Positions 19,752 through 30,560 are shown, counted from the first letter of the stretch. The stretch is 64,000 nt of DNA from Alphaproteobacteria bacterium (GCA_963555825.3 CAUVXB020000001.1:256001-320000); one strand, 5' to 3'. The notes: generated by a model from the sequence alone, not told the origin. Program-made: numbers and translations.

Positions 19752-20468
19752 TTACCCCGCGCCGCCGGCGTTCAACTCGAGAGCGAGCGGCCGGTCGAGC
19801 TCGATTGCCTCGGTGGTCAGTTTACAACAATAACAAATCGCTTCAACGCCGGCTGCCAACGCCGCATCCAGCATTGTCGCGTAATTCGGGTCGATGTCGC
19901 CGGCGATGGCGAAGTCGTCGCAGTCCTCGCGCTGTACCAGATAAAACATCACCGCGCGCGCGCCGGCCGCCACCATGTCGCTCAACTCGACCAAGTGCTT
20001 GGCGCCGCGCGCGGTCACCGAATCGGGGAACTCGGCGCCGGCGGCGCGTTTGAGATGCACGTTCTTGACCTCGACGTAGCAGGGCGGTCGGTCATCGGCC
20101 TCGAGAAGCAAGTCGATGCGCGAGTTCTTGCCGTACTTGACCTCGCGCCGGATCCCGCCGTAGCCGGCCAACTCGCAGACGCGCCCGGCGGCGATCGCAT
20201 CGGCGACGATGCCGTTCGGGTGTGACGTGTTGATACCGACAAGGCCTTCGCCGATGCGTATCAGTTCCCAGCTATAGCGCAGCTTGCGTGCCGGGTTGCG
20301 CGCCGGCGACAGCCAGACCTCCGAGCCCGGCTCGGCGAGGCCGATCATGCTGCCCGGATTGGCGCAGTGGGCGGTCACCAACTCGCCGCCGTCGAGTTCG
20401 ACGTCGCTGAGGAAGCGCTTGTAGCGCCGGACCAGGCGACCGCGCAGCAGTGGATCGGGAAACTTCAT
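19752..20468 (-). CDS. sfsA: DNA/RNA nuclease SfsA
   Basis: RRYKRFL, AHCANPGSM, SRIDLLL, YVEVKNV, FPDSVTARGAKHL. Confidence 0.95.
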   Translation of the reverse strand: MKFPDPLLRGRLVRRYKRFLSDVELDGGELVTAHCANPGSMIGLAEPGSEVWLSPARNPARKLRYSWELIRIGEGLVGINTSHPNGIVADAIAAGRVCELAGYGGIRREVKYGKNSRIDLLLEADDRPPCYVEVKNVHLKRAAGAEFPDSVTARGAKHLVELSDMVAAGARAVMFYLVQREDCDDFAIAGDIDPNYATMLDAALAAGVEAICYCCKLTTEAIELDRPLALELNAGGAG

Positions 20469-20566
20469 GGCGATTACCTAGGTGGCGCGGCGAAGGCTGT
20501 CAATTGCCATCCGTCGGTCGGGCGGTCGGAATGGCCCGGCTTCGCTGCCGAGACGGCAAGCGTCGC

Positions 20567-21765
20567 CTAGGCCATCGGGACGAAGTCAAGGATGTTTTGC
20601 TGGAAGTAAGTCAGTGGGCTCTCGACATTGGGCGCCATCGGCCCGACGCGATACATTGGCGAGCGCATCGCCTTCTGCATCCGCTCGCAGATCCACATGT
20701 CCTCGATCATGAAATTGCCGGTGTCCATCGGGTGGACGTCGACCGAGCGGATCGTCTGGAACTCCATGTCGGCCGCCGCGTCGGCCTCGTGACCCGGCGT
20801 CGGGAACATCGCCTTGTACGACGTGGCGTGGTCATTCTCGGACGGCATAAGCCAAGAGCGTACGTCGACCCAGATCTTCTCGGGCGCGACCGGAATGATT
20901 CGGAAGGTTGCCCAGTAGACTGAGGTGCCCTGCACGCCCGAGTTGGGGAACAGCAGCCAGACGCTTGGCCCAGGTGACCCAGGGTCGATTCCGTCGATCG
21001 CCTTGAGGCCGCTTTCCCGGCGCGATTCGGGCTCGCCCGGGCCGAGCCAGACCCAGTGGTGTCCGACCCCGCCTCCCAGTCCTGGTTGTCGGGCGCCGGG
21101 CCCTTGAGCGTCTGGTCGTGCAGGTGCATCAGGTGATAGCCGTCCATGGCGTTTTCGGCGAACACCTTCCAATTGCACGCGATCTCGTAGCGCGTCGGCC
21201 GGGCCACGACCAGCTTGTCGACGTCGTGCGGCCAGGCGTGGTCGGGAATTTCGGCGAGCCAGTCGTCGAAGCATTCTTCGGGCTCGGCCTGGGGATTGAC
21301 GAAGACCATGCCACGGAACGTGCCGAGCGCCGCGGGGAAGAGGCAGATTTCGGACATGTCGAGATCGGCGAACAGCGTCTCGTGCTGGGGCACGCCGGCG
21401 AGTTGGCCTTCGAAATCATAGGACCAATGGTGATAGGGGCAGGTCAGCACCGCGCCGCTGCCGCCGTTGCCCTCGAGCAACTGGTTGCCGCGGTGCCGGC
21501 AGATGTTGTGGAACGCGCGCAGCGCACCGTCGCGCCCGCACAGCACGAACAGCGGATAACGCCCGACCTGAACGCAGCGGTAGTCGCCCGCCGACGGCGT
21601 GTCGGCGGTCATGCCGGCGAAGCTCCAGGCGCGGCCGAACAGCTCGGCCTGCTCGCGGTCGAACCAGGCTTGCGACGTGTAGGCCTCGGGCGGCAGAAGC
21701 TGTCGTGCGGTGGCGGGCTTTTCGAAGCGGCCTGCCGCGGGCGTCATCGGCGCCGGTTCGTTCAC
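20567..21765 (-). pseudogene. Rieske non-heme iron oxygenase alpha subunit, frameshifted near 21070
   Basis: CRHRG...CPYHHW and ENAMDGYHLMHLH in one frame; VGHHWVW...EDMWICERMQ continues in another frame after a G-run. Confidence 0.8.
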
Positions 21766-23870
21766 GCGATTTTCTCCTCCACGGCGTGTACTTGCGGCGA
21801 ATAACCCCTGATGAATTCGGCGAGTTCTTCGGCCTCGATCGGCCGGCTGATCAGGTAGCCCTGCGCCTCCTGGCAATGGCGGATGCGCAGGAATTCCATC
21901 TGCTCCTCGGTCTCGACGCCCTCGGCGATGACTTTGAGGCCAAGGCTGTGGCCGAGCTTGATGATCGCCTTGGTGATCGATCGGTCTTCGACGTTATTCT
22001 CGATACCGCGCATGAACGATTGATCGATCTTGAGCCGGTCGACCGGAAATTTCTTGAGATAGCTCATCGACGAGAAACCAGTACCGAAGTCGTCGATCGC
22101 CAGTTCGACGCCGATGGCGTGGAGCTTGTGGAGCGTCTCGATGACCGCCTCGACGCCCGACATGACCATGCCCTCGGTGATCTCCAGCTCGAGTAAATGG
22201 GGGTCGAAGCCAGTGTCGTCGAGAATGCCCGTTATCATGTCAACGACGTCGTGCCGCTTGAAGTCGGCGGGCGAAAGATTGACCGACATGCGCATGTCGG
22301 GCAGCCCGTCGTCGCGCCACGCCTTGCCTTGGCGGCAGGCTTCGCGCAAGACGATCTCGGTGATCCTGCCGATCAGGCGCGTCTGTTCGGCGACCGGGAT
22401 GAACTCGCCCGGCGAGATCATGCCGCGTTCCGGGTGATGCCAGCGTACCAGCGCCTCGACGCCGGCGATGCGCCCGGTCGCGATCTCGATCTGCGGCTGG
22501 TACGTCAGAAAAATCTGCCCCTCGGACTCGAGCGCTTCGCGGAGGTCGATCTCGAGCGTCTTACGCGCCTGAATCTCGGCGTTCATGTTCGGGTCGAACA
22601 AACGGTATTTGGCGCGGCCTTCCTGCTTCGCGCGGTAGAGCGCCTGATCGGCGTTCTTGAGCAGGTTGTCGGCGACGGTGCCGTCTTGGGGAAACACCGT
22701 AATGCCCACGCTGGTGCCGGTGTGGACCCGCTCATCGCCAAGATCGAAGGGCGTGGTCAGCGCCTCGACCATGCGCTCGGCGAGCACGGTGATGCCGCTG
22801 TCATCGACCAGGTTGGTCTGGATCACGGCGAACTCGTCGCCGCCCAGGCGGGCGACGGTGTCCGATTTGCGCAAGCACGCCTTGAGCCGTTCCGAGACCT
22901 GCTGAAGCAGCAGGTCGCCGGCCGGATGGCCGAGCGTGTCGTTGACGTCCTTGAAATGATCGAGGTCGAGGAAATGGACCGCGACCATGCGGTTGACGCG
23001 GCCGCCGGTATCGAGCGCCTCGGTCAAGCGCTCGTGGAACAGCGCGCGGTTGGGCAGTTGGGTCAAAGGATCGTGATGCGCGAGGTTGCGCAGCGCCTCT
23101 TCGGACTGCTGACGGTTCTCGGCCATGCGGTTGAAGGCGGCGGCGAGCCTGCCGAGTTCGTCGTCGGATTGGATCGCGATGCGGTGCTCGAGATTGCCTT
23201 GGCCGATGGCGTCGGTGCCCTCGGTCAGCGCCTCGATCGGCTTGACGATACCGCGTGTCAGCATGACCGCCGCGCCGGCGCCCATGACGACGCCGACGCC
23301 GGTCATGGCCAGGAGGAACCAGATCGCCGTAAAGGTCGAGAGATTGACCTTGTGGCCCGCCCAGACGCGCGCCGTCTCGATGTGTGGCGTGATGCGCAGC
23401 ACGAGATATCGCTTCAACTCGCTGTGCCGGTCGCTGATGCGCACGAGTAGGTCCTGCTTTCGGTCGATGAGATGCATGACCCCGGCACCTGCTGTCGACA
23501 ATGACGATATCCGGTCTCGAATGCCTTCGGCCCAGTCCCGCTCGTCGACCGTCGGCCCGGCAGCCAGGAATTTATTGATGAATGCGTTGAACTCGGTGCT
23601 GTGGCTCAGCACCTTCTTCCGGACCGCCGCGTCGGGTACGTCGAGATAGTCTTCGAATCCGCTGACGACGCCGTCGAAACTCGTGTCCATGCCAAGGACG
23701 GCAATCAGCTTCTCCTTGCTGACGCCGCCCGTTCGGTCGACCAGGTCGAGAATGCGTTTATCGATCGCGCTCTCGATGGCGCGCTGCGCCGATCTCAATG
23801 CCGCCGTCTCGGCTCGACTCCGATCGCTGACCACGATGATCTCGTCGCTCAACTGGTGCAGGACGGTAAA

Positions 23871-25512
23871 CCCGCATTTCCCAAGTATCGTCGATATTCA
23901 GTGCGGCGAGAAGGCGATTCTGCTATAAGAATCATGAAGTTGTAGCATACATGGAGCGGCGGATATGGCACACCCGATGGGTGAATCGAAACCGGGGTGC
24001 CTTCGGGTCGTTTTTGACCGTCGATTGAAGCTTGAATTCCACGGTTCCAAGATCACCTCTGATGCCGGGTTGCTCGCCTACCGGGAGCTTGACGATGCCC
24101 TCGGCCTGACTGAGATGGCCGAGGGTGTTTTCCAGGATAGCCGTACCGGCAAGAACGGATGGCACGGCATGACGGGTCAGTTTCGCCAGTCCGTTTTCGG
24201 GCGCCTTGGCGGCTATGACGATGTGAACGACGCCGACCGTCTGGGACGCGATCCCGCCATGCGCTGGATTGTTGGCGGCAAGGCCATCGAAAGACAGGCC
24301 GCTTCCACCAGCCAGATGGGACGCTTCGAGACGGAGCTATTGGCCACCGACGAGAACGTTGAAGCCTTGGTCGACATGAACGGGGTGTGGATCGACAAGG
24401 TTCATGACCGCCATCCGCCGAAGATGATCATTCTCGACATGGACAGCAGCGTCAGCCCGACCCATGGCGAACAAGAGGGAACAGCGTACAATGGTCACTT
24501 CGGCTGTACCTGCTACCATCCGCTATTCCTGTTCAACCAGTTCGGCGACTTGGAGAGATGTTCCCTGCGCCCCGGTAATGTTCACAGTGCCGACGGATGG
24601 CGGAATGTTCTGGAGCCGGTGGTGATGCGCTATAAGGAAAGGAAGGTGCGGCTGTATTTTCGTGGCGATGCCGCCTTCGCCTCACCGGAGATATACGAAT
24701 ATCTCGAAGCCGAGGGATTACTCTACGTCATCCGCCTCAAAGCGAACGCGATTCTCCAGCGGAACATTGCCCATCTGCTTACGCGACCTGTCGGTCGCCC
24801 GCCCGACCATGTTCGCCGTTTCCACGCCAGCTTCAGCTATCAGGCCGGATCGTGGAACAAGAAGCGCCGTGTCGTGGCCAAAGTGGAGTGGCACCCCGGC
24901 GAGCTGGTTCCTCGCGTCGGTTTCATCGTCACTAATCTGTCGCGCCCTACCAAGCGGGTGGTGGCGTTCTATAATCACCGTGGCACGGCGGAGCAGCACA
25001 TCAAGGAAGGCAAGAACGCCATCAACTGGACCCGTCTGTCATGTCGCAAGTTCCGCAACAATGCCGTTCGGCTCCAGCTTCACGCCCTGGCCTACAATCT
25101 GGGCAACTTCATGAGGACACTGGCTTTGCCGAAGGAGGTGGAGCACTGGTCGATGACGACGTTGCGCGACAAGCTGGTGAAGATCGGGGCCAAGGTTGTC
25201 CGACATGGCCGCTACGTTACGTTCCAATTGGCTGAGGTGGCGGTGCCGAGGGACCTGTTCCGGAAAATCCTGAGCTTGATTGATGATCTGCGACGAAGAC
25301 CCGCTCCGGCGTAGGCCGAGGGAATCGACGGCGAGGAGAAAGCGACAGGAGAGGTGTGTCTGGATGGCGAGAAAAATGACCGAGTGGCCTTCCAAGCGCG
25401 GGCCGATTACCAAAATCATGCCATCGGATGGCTGCATAGGGGATACAGTTTCCTTGGCGGTGGGAAAGTGGTACGATTTCCACGAATTTGGATGGTATAT
25501 GGGGAATGTCGG
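23871..25512 (+). mobile_element. IS1380-family element, intact copy (1642 bp)
   Basis: 5-bp TSD GTAAA; ends CCCGCATTTCCC / GGGGAATGTCGG. Confidence 0.95.
23965..25314 (+). CDS. IS1380-family transposase (449 aa, intact)
   Basis: ITSDAGLL, LDMDSS, RGDAAF, YNHRGTAEQHIKEGK. Confidence 0.95.
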   Translation: MAHPMGESKPGCLRVVFDRRLKLEFHGSKITSDAGLLAYRELDDALGLTEMAEGVFQDSRTGKNGWHGMTGQFRQSVFGRLGGYDDVNDADRLGRDPAMRWIVGGKAIERQAASTSQMGRFETELLATDENVEALVDMNGVWIDKVHDRHPPKMIILDMDSSVSPTHGEQEGTAYNGHFGCTCYHPLFLFNQFGDLERCSLRPGNVHSADGWRNVLEPVVMRYKERKVRLYFRGDAAFASPEIYEYLEAEGLLYVIRLKANAILQRNIAHLLTRPVGRPPDHVRRFHASFSYQAGSWNKKRRVVAKVEWHPGELVPRVGFIVTNLSRPTKRVVAFYNHRGTAEQHIKEGKNAINWTRLSCRKFRNNAVRLQLHALAYNLGNFMRTLALPKEVEHWSMTTLRDKLVKIGAKVVRHGRYVTFQLAEVAVPRDLFRKILSLIDDLRRRPAPA

Positions 25513-26101
25513 GTAAAGGACTTCAGGGCATCGTTGGCGAGCCGCCGCTGATCGGCGACGGTCGAGAGCCGCATATAGGTCGTCGCCGCGTTGGAGAACT
25601 CGAAGACCAGAGCCTTCAAGTGCTCGCGGTCGACGTCGCCGGCGTTGAGCGCATAGACGGTAGTCGCCCGCACGATTTCTTCCAGCCGCGCGTCCATGGT
25701 GGTGACGGCCTGCAGACTGACGTCGTCGACATACGCCAACTGGTTGACGCTATCCTCGATCCGTTTCGTGAGCATATAGGAGACCGCGCTGGTGCTGAAG
25801 AAAAGGAACAGCAGAAGCGAGATAACGAGCCATACGCGGTGTCCGATTCTAAGCTTCATACCCGGTCTCCCGAACCGTCACGCGCCAGTCGCCGGGCACA
25901 CGCCCGCACCATCTATTGCTCGATCAAAATAGCACGACTTCGACCCATTGAGCCAGACGAAGCCGTTTATGGCAACGGTTTGCGCCGCGGATCGGCGACG
26001 CCGGCCGTCTCGTGGTGGTCGGTTGCGATCGGTGATGATATATTTCTATAGTTCCGGAATAATCGTTGACACGATTGTCCGCATTGCCTATATCGTTGGC
26101 C

Positions 26102-26419
26102 ATGGATGTTGCCCAAGCTGCTCGTTGTCTCGAAAAACTCGGTCACCCGACGCGTCTCGAAATCGTACGTTTGCTGGTTCGCGCGGGGCTCGAAGGGTTG
26201 CCTGTCGGCGACGTGCGGAAGCACTTGGGCATCCCGGCATCGACGCTCTCGCACCATATCCTGCATCTGACCAGCGCCGGGCTGGTGCGCCAGCAGCGCG
26301 AGGGGCGGGTGCTGCGCTGCACGCCGAACTACCAGCTCATGGAGATGCTGGTCGGCATGCTGACCGAGGAATGTTGCGCTGGTATCGATCCGGTGGTGTC
26401 CAAGCGCCGCGCCGGTTGA
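26102..26419 (+). CDS. ArsR/SmtB family repressor
   Basis: LGHPTRLEIVRLL, ASTLSHH; C-terminal EECC Cys pair typical of one ArsR subtype. Confidence 0.88.
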   Translation: MDVAQAARCLEKLGHPTRLEIVRLLVRAGLEGLPVGDVRKHLGIPASTLSHHILHLTSAGLVRQQREGRVLRCTPNYQLMEMLVGMLTEECCAGIDPVVSKRRAG

Positions 26420-26504
26420 GAATGGCGGCCGAATTTTTTTGGAGTGATAATTCGATGATTATAGAAATGACGAGCCGGCTCAATGCACGGTGGAGGCCTG
26501 CGCG

Positions 26505-27545
26505 ATGACGGACTTTAGCTTGGCCGTACGGCGGCTCGATGGACGGCTCAGACGCATCGATCGGGTCATGTTGTTCACGGCCGCCAGCGTGGTACTCCTT
26601 GCGCTGGCCGCGCCCGATCAGCTTGTCCCCAGCGTCAATTTCGTCGCCGAGTCGCTGCTGTTCATCGCACCGTTCCTGATCGTTTCTGTCGCCGTTGCGG
26701 CCGGCGCCAAGGCGACCGGCGTGGACCGTCAGATCGCCATCGTGTTCGGCGGCAATCGGGGGACGGTGATCGTCGTTGCGGCCCTGTTCGGGGCGTTGTC
26801 GCCGTTCTGCTCCTGCGGCGTCGTACCGATCATCGCGGGTCTGCTAGGCGCCGGGGTGCCGCTCGCCCCGGTCATGGCGTTTTGGATCAGCTCACCCCTG
26901 ATGGACCCCGAGATGTTCATCTTGATGGCGCCGGTGCTCGGCCTCGAGTTCACGATCGCCAAGACACTGTCGGCAATCGCCATCGGCCTCGCCGCCGGTT
27001 TCGCGACCGAGGCGCTGGTTCGCCGCTCGGCCTTCGCCGACCCGCTCAAGGCCGGCGTCGGCTATGGCGGCTGCGCGACTGCGCCGACGGCGTCTGGCGT
27101 CGACCTCGTCTGGCGCTTCTGGCATCGGCCGGAGCGCCGTGCCCTGTTCGCCGGCGAAGCGCGCGCCACCGGCTGGTTCCTGTTCAAGTGGCTGACGCTG
27201 GCCTTCCTGTTGGAAAGCCTGATGGTCGCCTACATCCCGGCCGGCCACGTCGGCGCCTGGCTCGGTGGCGACAGCTGGTGGGCGATCCCGGCGAGCGTCG
27301 TGGTCGGCGTGCCGGCCTATCTCAACGGCTATGCCGCGATCCCGACCGTCTCGGCGCTGATCGACATGGGCATGGCGCCGGGCGCCGGCCTCGCCTTCAT
27401 GGTCGCCGGCGGCGTCACCAGCATCCCGGCCGCGATGGCCGTCTTCGCGCTGGTCCGCCGCGCCGTCTTCGCGTGGTACATCGCGCTCGGGCTGACCGGT
27501 TCGCTCGCCGTCGGCCTCGCCTATCAGGCGCTCGCCGGCGGCTGA
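26505..27545 (+). CDS. ArsP/DUF318-type permease
   Basis: Multi-TM; SPFCSCGVVP and SSPLMDPE motifs; follows arsR. Confidence 0.82.
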   Translation: MTDFSLAVRRLDGRLRRIDRVMLFTAASVVLLALAAPDQLVPSVNFVAESLLFIAPFLIVSVAVAAGAKATGVDRQIAIVFGGNRGTVIVVAALFGALSPFCSCGVVPIIAGLLGAGVPLAPVMAFWISSPLMDPEMFILMAPVLGLEFTIAKTLSAIAIGLAAGFATEALVRRSAFADPLKAGVGYGGCATAPTASGVDLVWRFWHRPERRALFAGEARATGWFLFKWLTLAFLLESLMVAYIPAGHVGAWLGGDSWWAIPASVVVGVPAYLNGYAAIPTVSALIDMGMAPGAGLAFMVAGGVTSIPAAMAVFALVRRAVFAWYIALGLTGSLAVGLAYQALAGG

Positions 27546-28964
27546 CCCTCGGTCGTCGGTCTGCCGTGCCGGCAGCGCGGCCAGGCGAAACGCCAGGAAA
27601 ATGCCGGCGATCATCACCGGGATGAAGCCGGCTTGGGCCCAGAATGCGACCGCCTCGGCGGTCGCGACGGACAGCGCCTGACCGGCGCCGAGGCCGTTGG
27701 CGACGACGCCGGCGAGCGCCGCGCCGGACGCCATGCCGACCATCTGGACGACCGGTGCGGCGGACGCCGTGACGTCCTCTTCGCCGGGCTCGGCCGCCGC
27801 CATGATGCGGCGCGTGACGAAGGCCCAGCAGGCGCCCATGCCACCGCCCATCAGCATGACGAACAGGGCCAGCAACGGCAGCGGTCCGACCGGCAGGGTG
27901 AACGCCATGCCGGCGACGGCGACCGTCGTCACGATCGGACCGATGCGGATCAGCCGGTCGGCCCAGACTGCCGACAGGTTGGCGACGATGAAGGCGACGG
28001 CGGTCCAGGCGAGTGCGTCGAGCAGCACGAAATAGCCGGTCTCCACCGGCGACGTGCCGTGCAGCGTCTGCATCAACAGCGGGCCGTAGACGAAGAACGA
28101 CATCGTCGAGACCGAGAGGCAGAGGATCAGCGCGAGCCCGGCGCCACGCGGCGTCGCCGGCGAGAACGGCCGGCTCGGCAGCAACCGGCGTGGGCTGCGC
28201 GCGTCGATCCGCAGCACGACGGCGAACAGGATCGCGGCACCGGCGATCAGCGCGCCGGGGAGGATGAGGCCGCCGGTCTGGTTGGCGAGCGCGATCGACA
28301 TGACGCCGGCGCCGATCAAGGCGAGGCGCAGCGCCGGCAGCGCCTCGGGCGTGGCCGGTGGCGGCGCGGCAGGCAGGACGAAGCGGATCGCCGCGATCAG
28401 CAGCGCCGCGGCGGGCACCATGACGACGAACGCCAGACGCCACAGGCCGAGATCGGCCAGCGCGCCGCCGACCATCGGGCCGATGAAGACCGCGATGCCG
28501 TACATCGCCGAGAACGCCGCGAAGACCTTCGGCCAGGTCGCCTGCGGGAACAGCGTTCGCACCATCATGTAGTTGAGCGCGACGATCAGGCCGCTGCCGG
28601 CGCCTTGCGCCGCGCGGCCGGCCAGCAGCACCGGCATGTTGGGCGCCAGCGCGCAGATCAGCGAGCCGGCGATGAAGATGGTGGCGGCCCAGGCGAAACC
28701 GCGCCGCGCGCGGAGATTGGCCTTGAGCGCTGCCGTGCCCGCCGCGCTGACCAGCGAGGCGACGATGTAGACCGTCGACGCCCAGCTGACCAGGGCAAGG
28801 CCGCCGATGTCGGCGACGACGGTCGGTACCGCCGTGGTGAAGATATAGGCGTTGTCGGTATAGAGCGAGACGCCGAGACACAGGAAGGCGAGGCTCGCCG
28901 CGTGGCGCGGCCCGGCGAGCGGATGCCAGCCGTCGATCGGTTTGGTGCTTGCCGCGATCGCCAT
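26892..28964 (-). CDS. MFS transporter (14-TM DHA2-like); the ORF runs on into the convergent permease gene
   Basis: About 470 hydrophobic aa (LLAGRAAQGAGSG, GPMVGGAL) ending near 27570, then about 215 aa antisense to the permease before the first stop. Confidence 0.75.
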   Translation of the reverse strand: MAIAASTKPIDGWHPLAGPRHAASLAFLCLGVSLYTDNAYIFTTAVPTVVADIGGLALVSWASTVYIVASLVSAAGTAALKANLRARRGFAWAATIFIAGSLICALAPNMPVLLAGRAAQGAGSGLIVALNYMMVRTLFPQATWPKVFAAFSAMYGIAVFIGPMVGGALADLGLWRLAFVVMVPAAALLIAAIRFVLPAAPPPATPEALPALRLALIGAGVMSIALANQTGGLILPGALIAGAAILFAVVLRIDARSPRRLLPSRPFSPATPRGAGLALILCLSVSTMSFFVYGPLLMQTLHGTSPVETGYFVLLDALAWTAVAFIVANLSAVWADRLIRIGPIVTTVAVAGMAFTLPVGPLPLLALFVMLMGGGMGACWAFVTRRIMAAAEPGEEDVTASAAPVVQMVGMASGAALAGVVANGLGAGQALSVATAEAVAFWAQAGFIPVMIAGIFLAFRLAALPARQTDDRGSAAGERLIGEADGERTGQPERDVPREDGAADQREDGHRGRDAGDAAGDHEGEAGARRHAHVDQRRDGRDRGIAVEIGRHADHDARRDRPPAVATEPGADVAGRDVGDHQAFQQEGQRQPLEQEPAGGARFAGEQGTALRPMPEAPDEVDARRRRRSRAAAIADAGLERVGEGRAANQRLGRETGGEADGDCRQCLGDRELEAEHRRHQDEHLGVHQG

Positions 28965-28996
28965 CGGCGCGCCCTCCTGAGACTTGCGCGTCGGGC

Positions 28997-29332
28997 CTAG
29001 GAGGCGATATCCGCGCGGTTGTCGTTCGCCGCGCCGCCAGCGATCAGTCTGTCAACCACCGAGACGATCTCGCCGCGGTGCAGGCCGATGTCGGCGAGAT
29101 TGCGGTCACTGAGCCGGTCGAGCTCGCGGATCGTATGGCGGCGCCGGTGCGACCGGCGGCGCCAGGCGGCGATCCGGGTGACCAGCCCGTCGACCCGGTC
29201 GACCGTCCGGCAGGCGGCCGCGCCGACCGGATGCTCCGCCGATAGGGGGGCCCCGGGGTCGTTATCGTTGGCGCCGTTGCGCATCCTGTGGGGCGTGACG
29301 GCGATGGTGAGAGCGTCGATGAGTGCATTCAT
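28997..29332 (-). CDS. DUF1127 domain protein
   Basis: WRRR...TIRELDRLSDRNLADIGLHRGEI signature; AAAGGAG RBS. Confidence 0.88.
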   Translation of the reverse strand: MNALIDALTIAVTPHRMRNGANDNDPGAPLSAEHPVGAAACRTVDRVDGLVTRIAAWRRRSHRRRHTIRELDRLSDRNLADIGLHRGEIVSVVDRLIAGGAANDNRADIAS

Positions 29333-29372
29333 TTTGGTCTCCTTTCGGCGCGGGGCTTGAAACCTTGATTAG

Positions 29373-29424
29373 CAAGTAATTACTTGATATATTATCTCGA
29401 ACCTTTTAGTCAAGTAAAAACTTG
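29373..29424. promoter_or_regulatory. Paired CAAG-N6-CTTG operators
   Basis: CAAGTAATTACTTG (29373-29386, perfect palindrome) and CAAGTAAAAACTTG (29411-29424) between divergent genes. Confidence 0.7.
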
Positions 29425-29434
29425 GTATATTGCG

Positions 29435-30115
29435 ATGGCACAAGCAACTGACACGAGCGCCGCGATGACCGATGACAGCGCCGAGAAGATTCTGTTCGCA
29501 CTCAAGACGCGCGGGCCGCAAACGGCGGGCGACCTCGCCGGCCGCCTCGGCATGACCGCCGAGGGCGCGCGCCAGCATCTCGCCAAGCTGGCATCGCGCG
29601 GCCTGGTCGACCACAGCGACGAACGCCGGGGTGTCGGCCGGCCGAAGCGTCACTGGGCGCTGACCGGCGCCGGGCACGCGCGTTTTCCCGACACCCATTC
29701 CGACCTCACGGTCGACCTCATCGGCGCGGTCCGCTCGCTGTTCGGCGATGATGGGCTCGACCGCCTGATCGCGCGCCGCGAGGAACGCCAGCTCGACGAC
29801 TACGGCGACGCCCTCGCGGGCGCCCGGAGCTTAAGCGACCGGGTCGCGCGTCTCGCCGAGCTACGCACGCGCGAGGGCTACATGGCGGCGTGGACCGAGG
29901 AGGCCGACGGCAGCTTCCTGCTGGTCGAGAACCACTGCCCGATCTGCGCCGCTGCGACCGTCTGCCAGGGCTTCTGCCGCTCCGAGCTGGATATCTTCCA
30001 GGCCGTCCTGGGCCCCGGTGCGCGCGTCGAACGCTCCGAGCATCTGCTCGCCGGCGCGCGCCGTTGTGCCTATCGCATCGAACCGGTCGGCCGAAACGGC
30101 GAAGCCGCCCGCTGA
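29435..30115 (+). CDS. SufR-like HTH transcriptional regulator
   Basis: N-terminal wHTH (GARQHLAKL, GVGRP); C-terminal ENHCPIC...CQGFCRSEL...RRCAY. Confidence 0.8.
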   Translation: MAQATDTSAAMTDDSAEKILFALKTRGPQTAGDLAGRLGMTAEGARQHLAKLASRGLVDHSDERRGVGRPKRHWALTGAGHARFPDTHSDLTVDLIGAVRSLFGDDGLDRLIARREERQLDDYGDALAGARSLSDRVARLAELRTREGYMAAWTEEADGSFLLVENHCPICAAATVCQGFCRSELDIFQAVLGPGARVERSEHLLAGARRCAYRIEPVGRNGEAAR

Positions 30116-30155
30116 CGCGGACGGCTTGCTCGTGTTTGGCGTATGAGGGAGGGGC

Positions 30156-30560
30156 TTACGCGGCGATATCGGTGACGTTGTCGTTGACCGTGGCGGGTCC
30201 GCCGGCTGACTTGGGTGTACCGCGGACGACACGCTCGGAACGGCGCGGCGTGCCGCCGGCGATCACCTCGTCGACCACCGAGACGATCTCGCCGCGGTGC
30301 AGGCCGATGTCGGCGAGCATGCGGTCGCTGAGCTTGTCGAGCTCGCGGATCGCGCGGCGGCGGGCCCGGTTGGCCCGCAGCTTGTCGAGCCCGTTGGCGA
30401 CCAGCCCGCCGAGGCCGTCGATTACCTTGTAGACGGTCGCGCTGAACGACAGATCGAGCCCCTCGTTGGCGAAGGCGATCATCGCGCGATTATCGTTCGC
30501 GGGGATCCGGCGGGAACGGTGAAGGAGCGTCAGGGCGTAGGCGTCGATGAGCGAGGACAT
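30156..30560 (-). CDS. DUF1127 domain protein (paralog of 28997-29332)
   Basis: RRRAIRELDKLSDRMLADIGLHRGEI; AAGGAG RBS. Confidence 0.88.
   Translation of the reverse strand: MSSLIDAYALTLLHRSRRIPANDNRAMIAFANEGLDLSFSATVYKVIDGLGGLVANGLDKLRANRARRRAIRELDKLSDRMLADIGLHRGEIVSVVDEVIAGGTPRRSERVVRGTPKSAGGPATVNDNVTDIAA

Larger units (their letters stand above)
21762..25859 (-). pseudogene. Membrane HAMP-GGDEF-EAL protein (816 aa when rebuilt) interrupted by IS1380
   Basis: N-part 25859-25513 joins in frame (ALKSFT|VLHQLSDE) to the C-part carrying HAMP, RLGGDEF, VEALVRW and DDFGTG. Confidence 0.9.
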
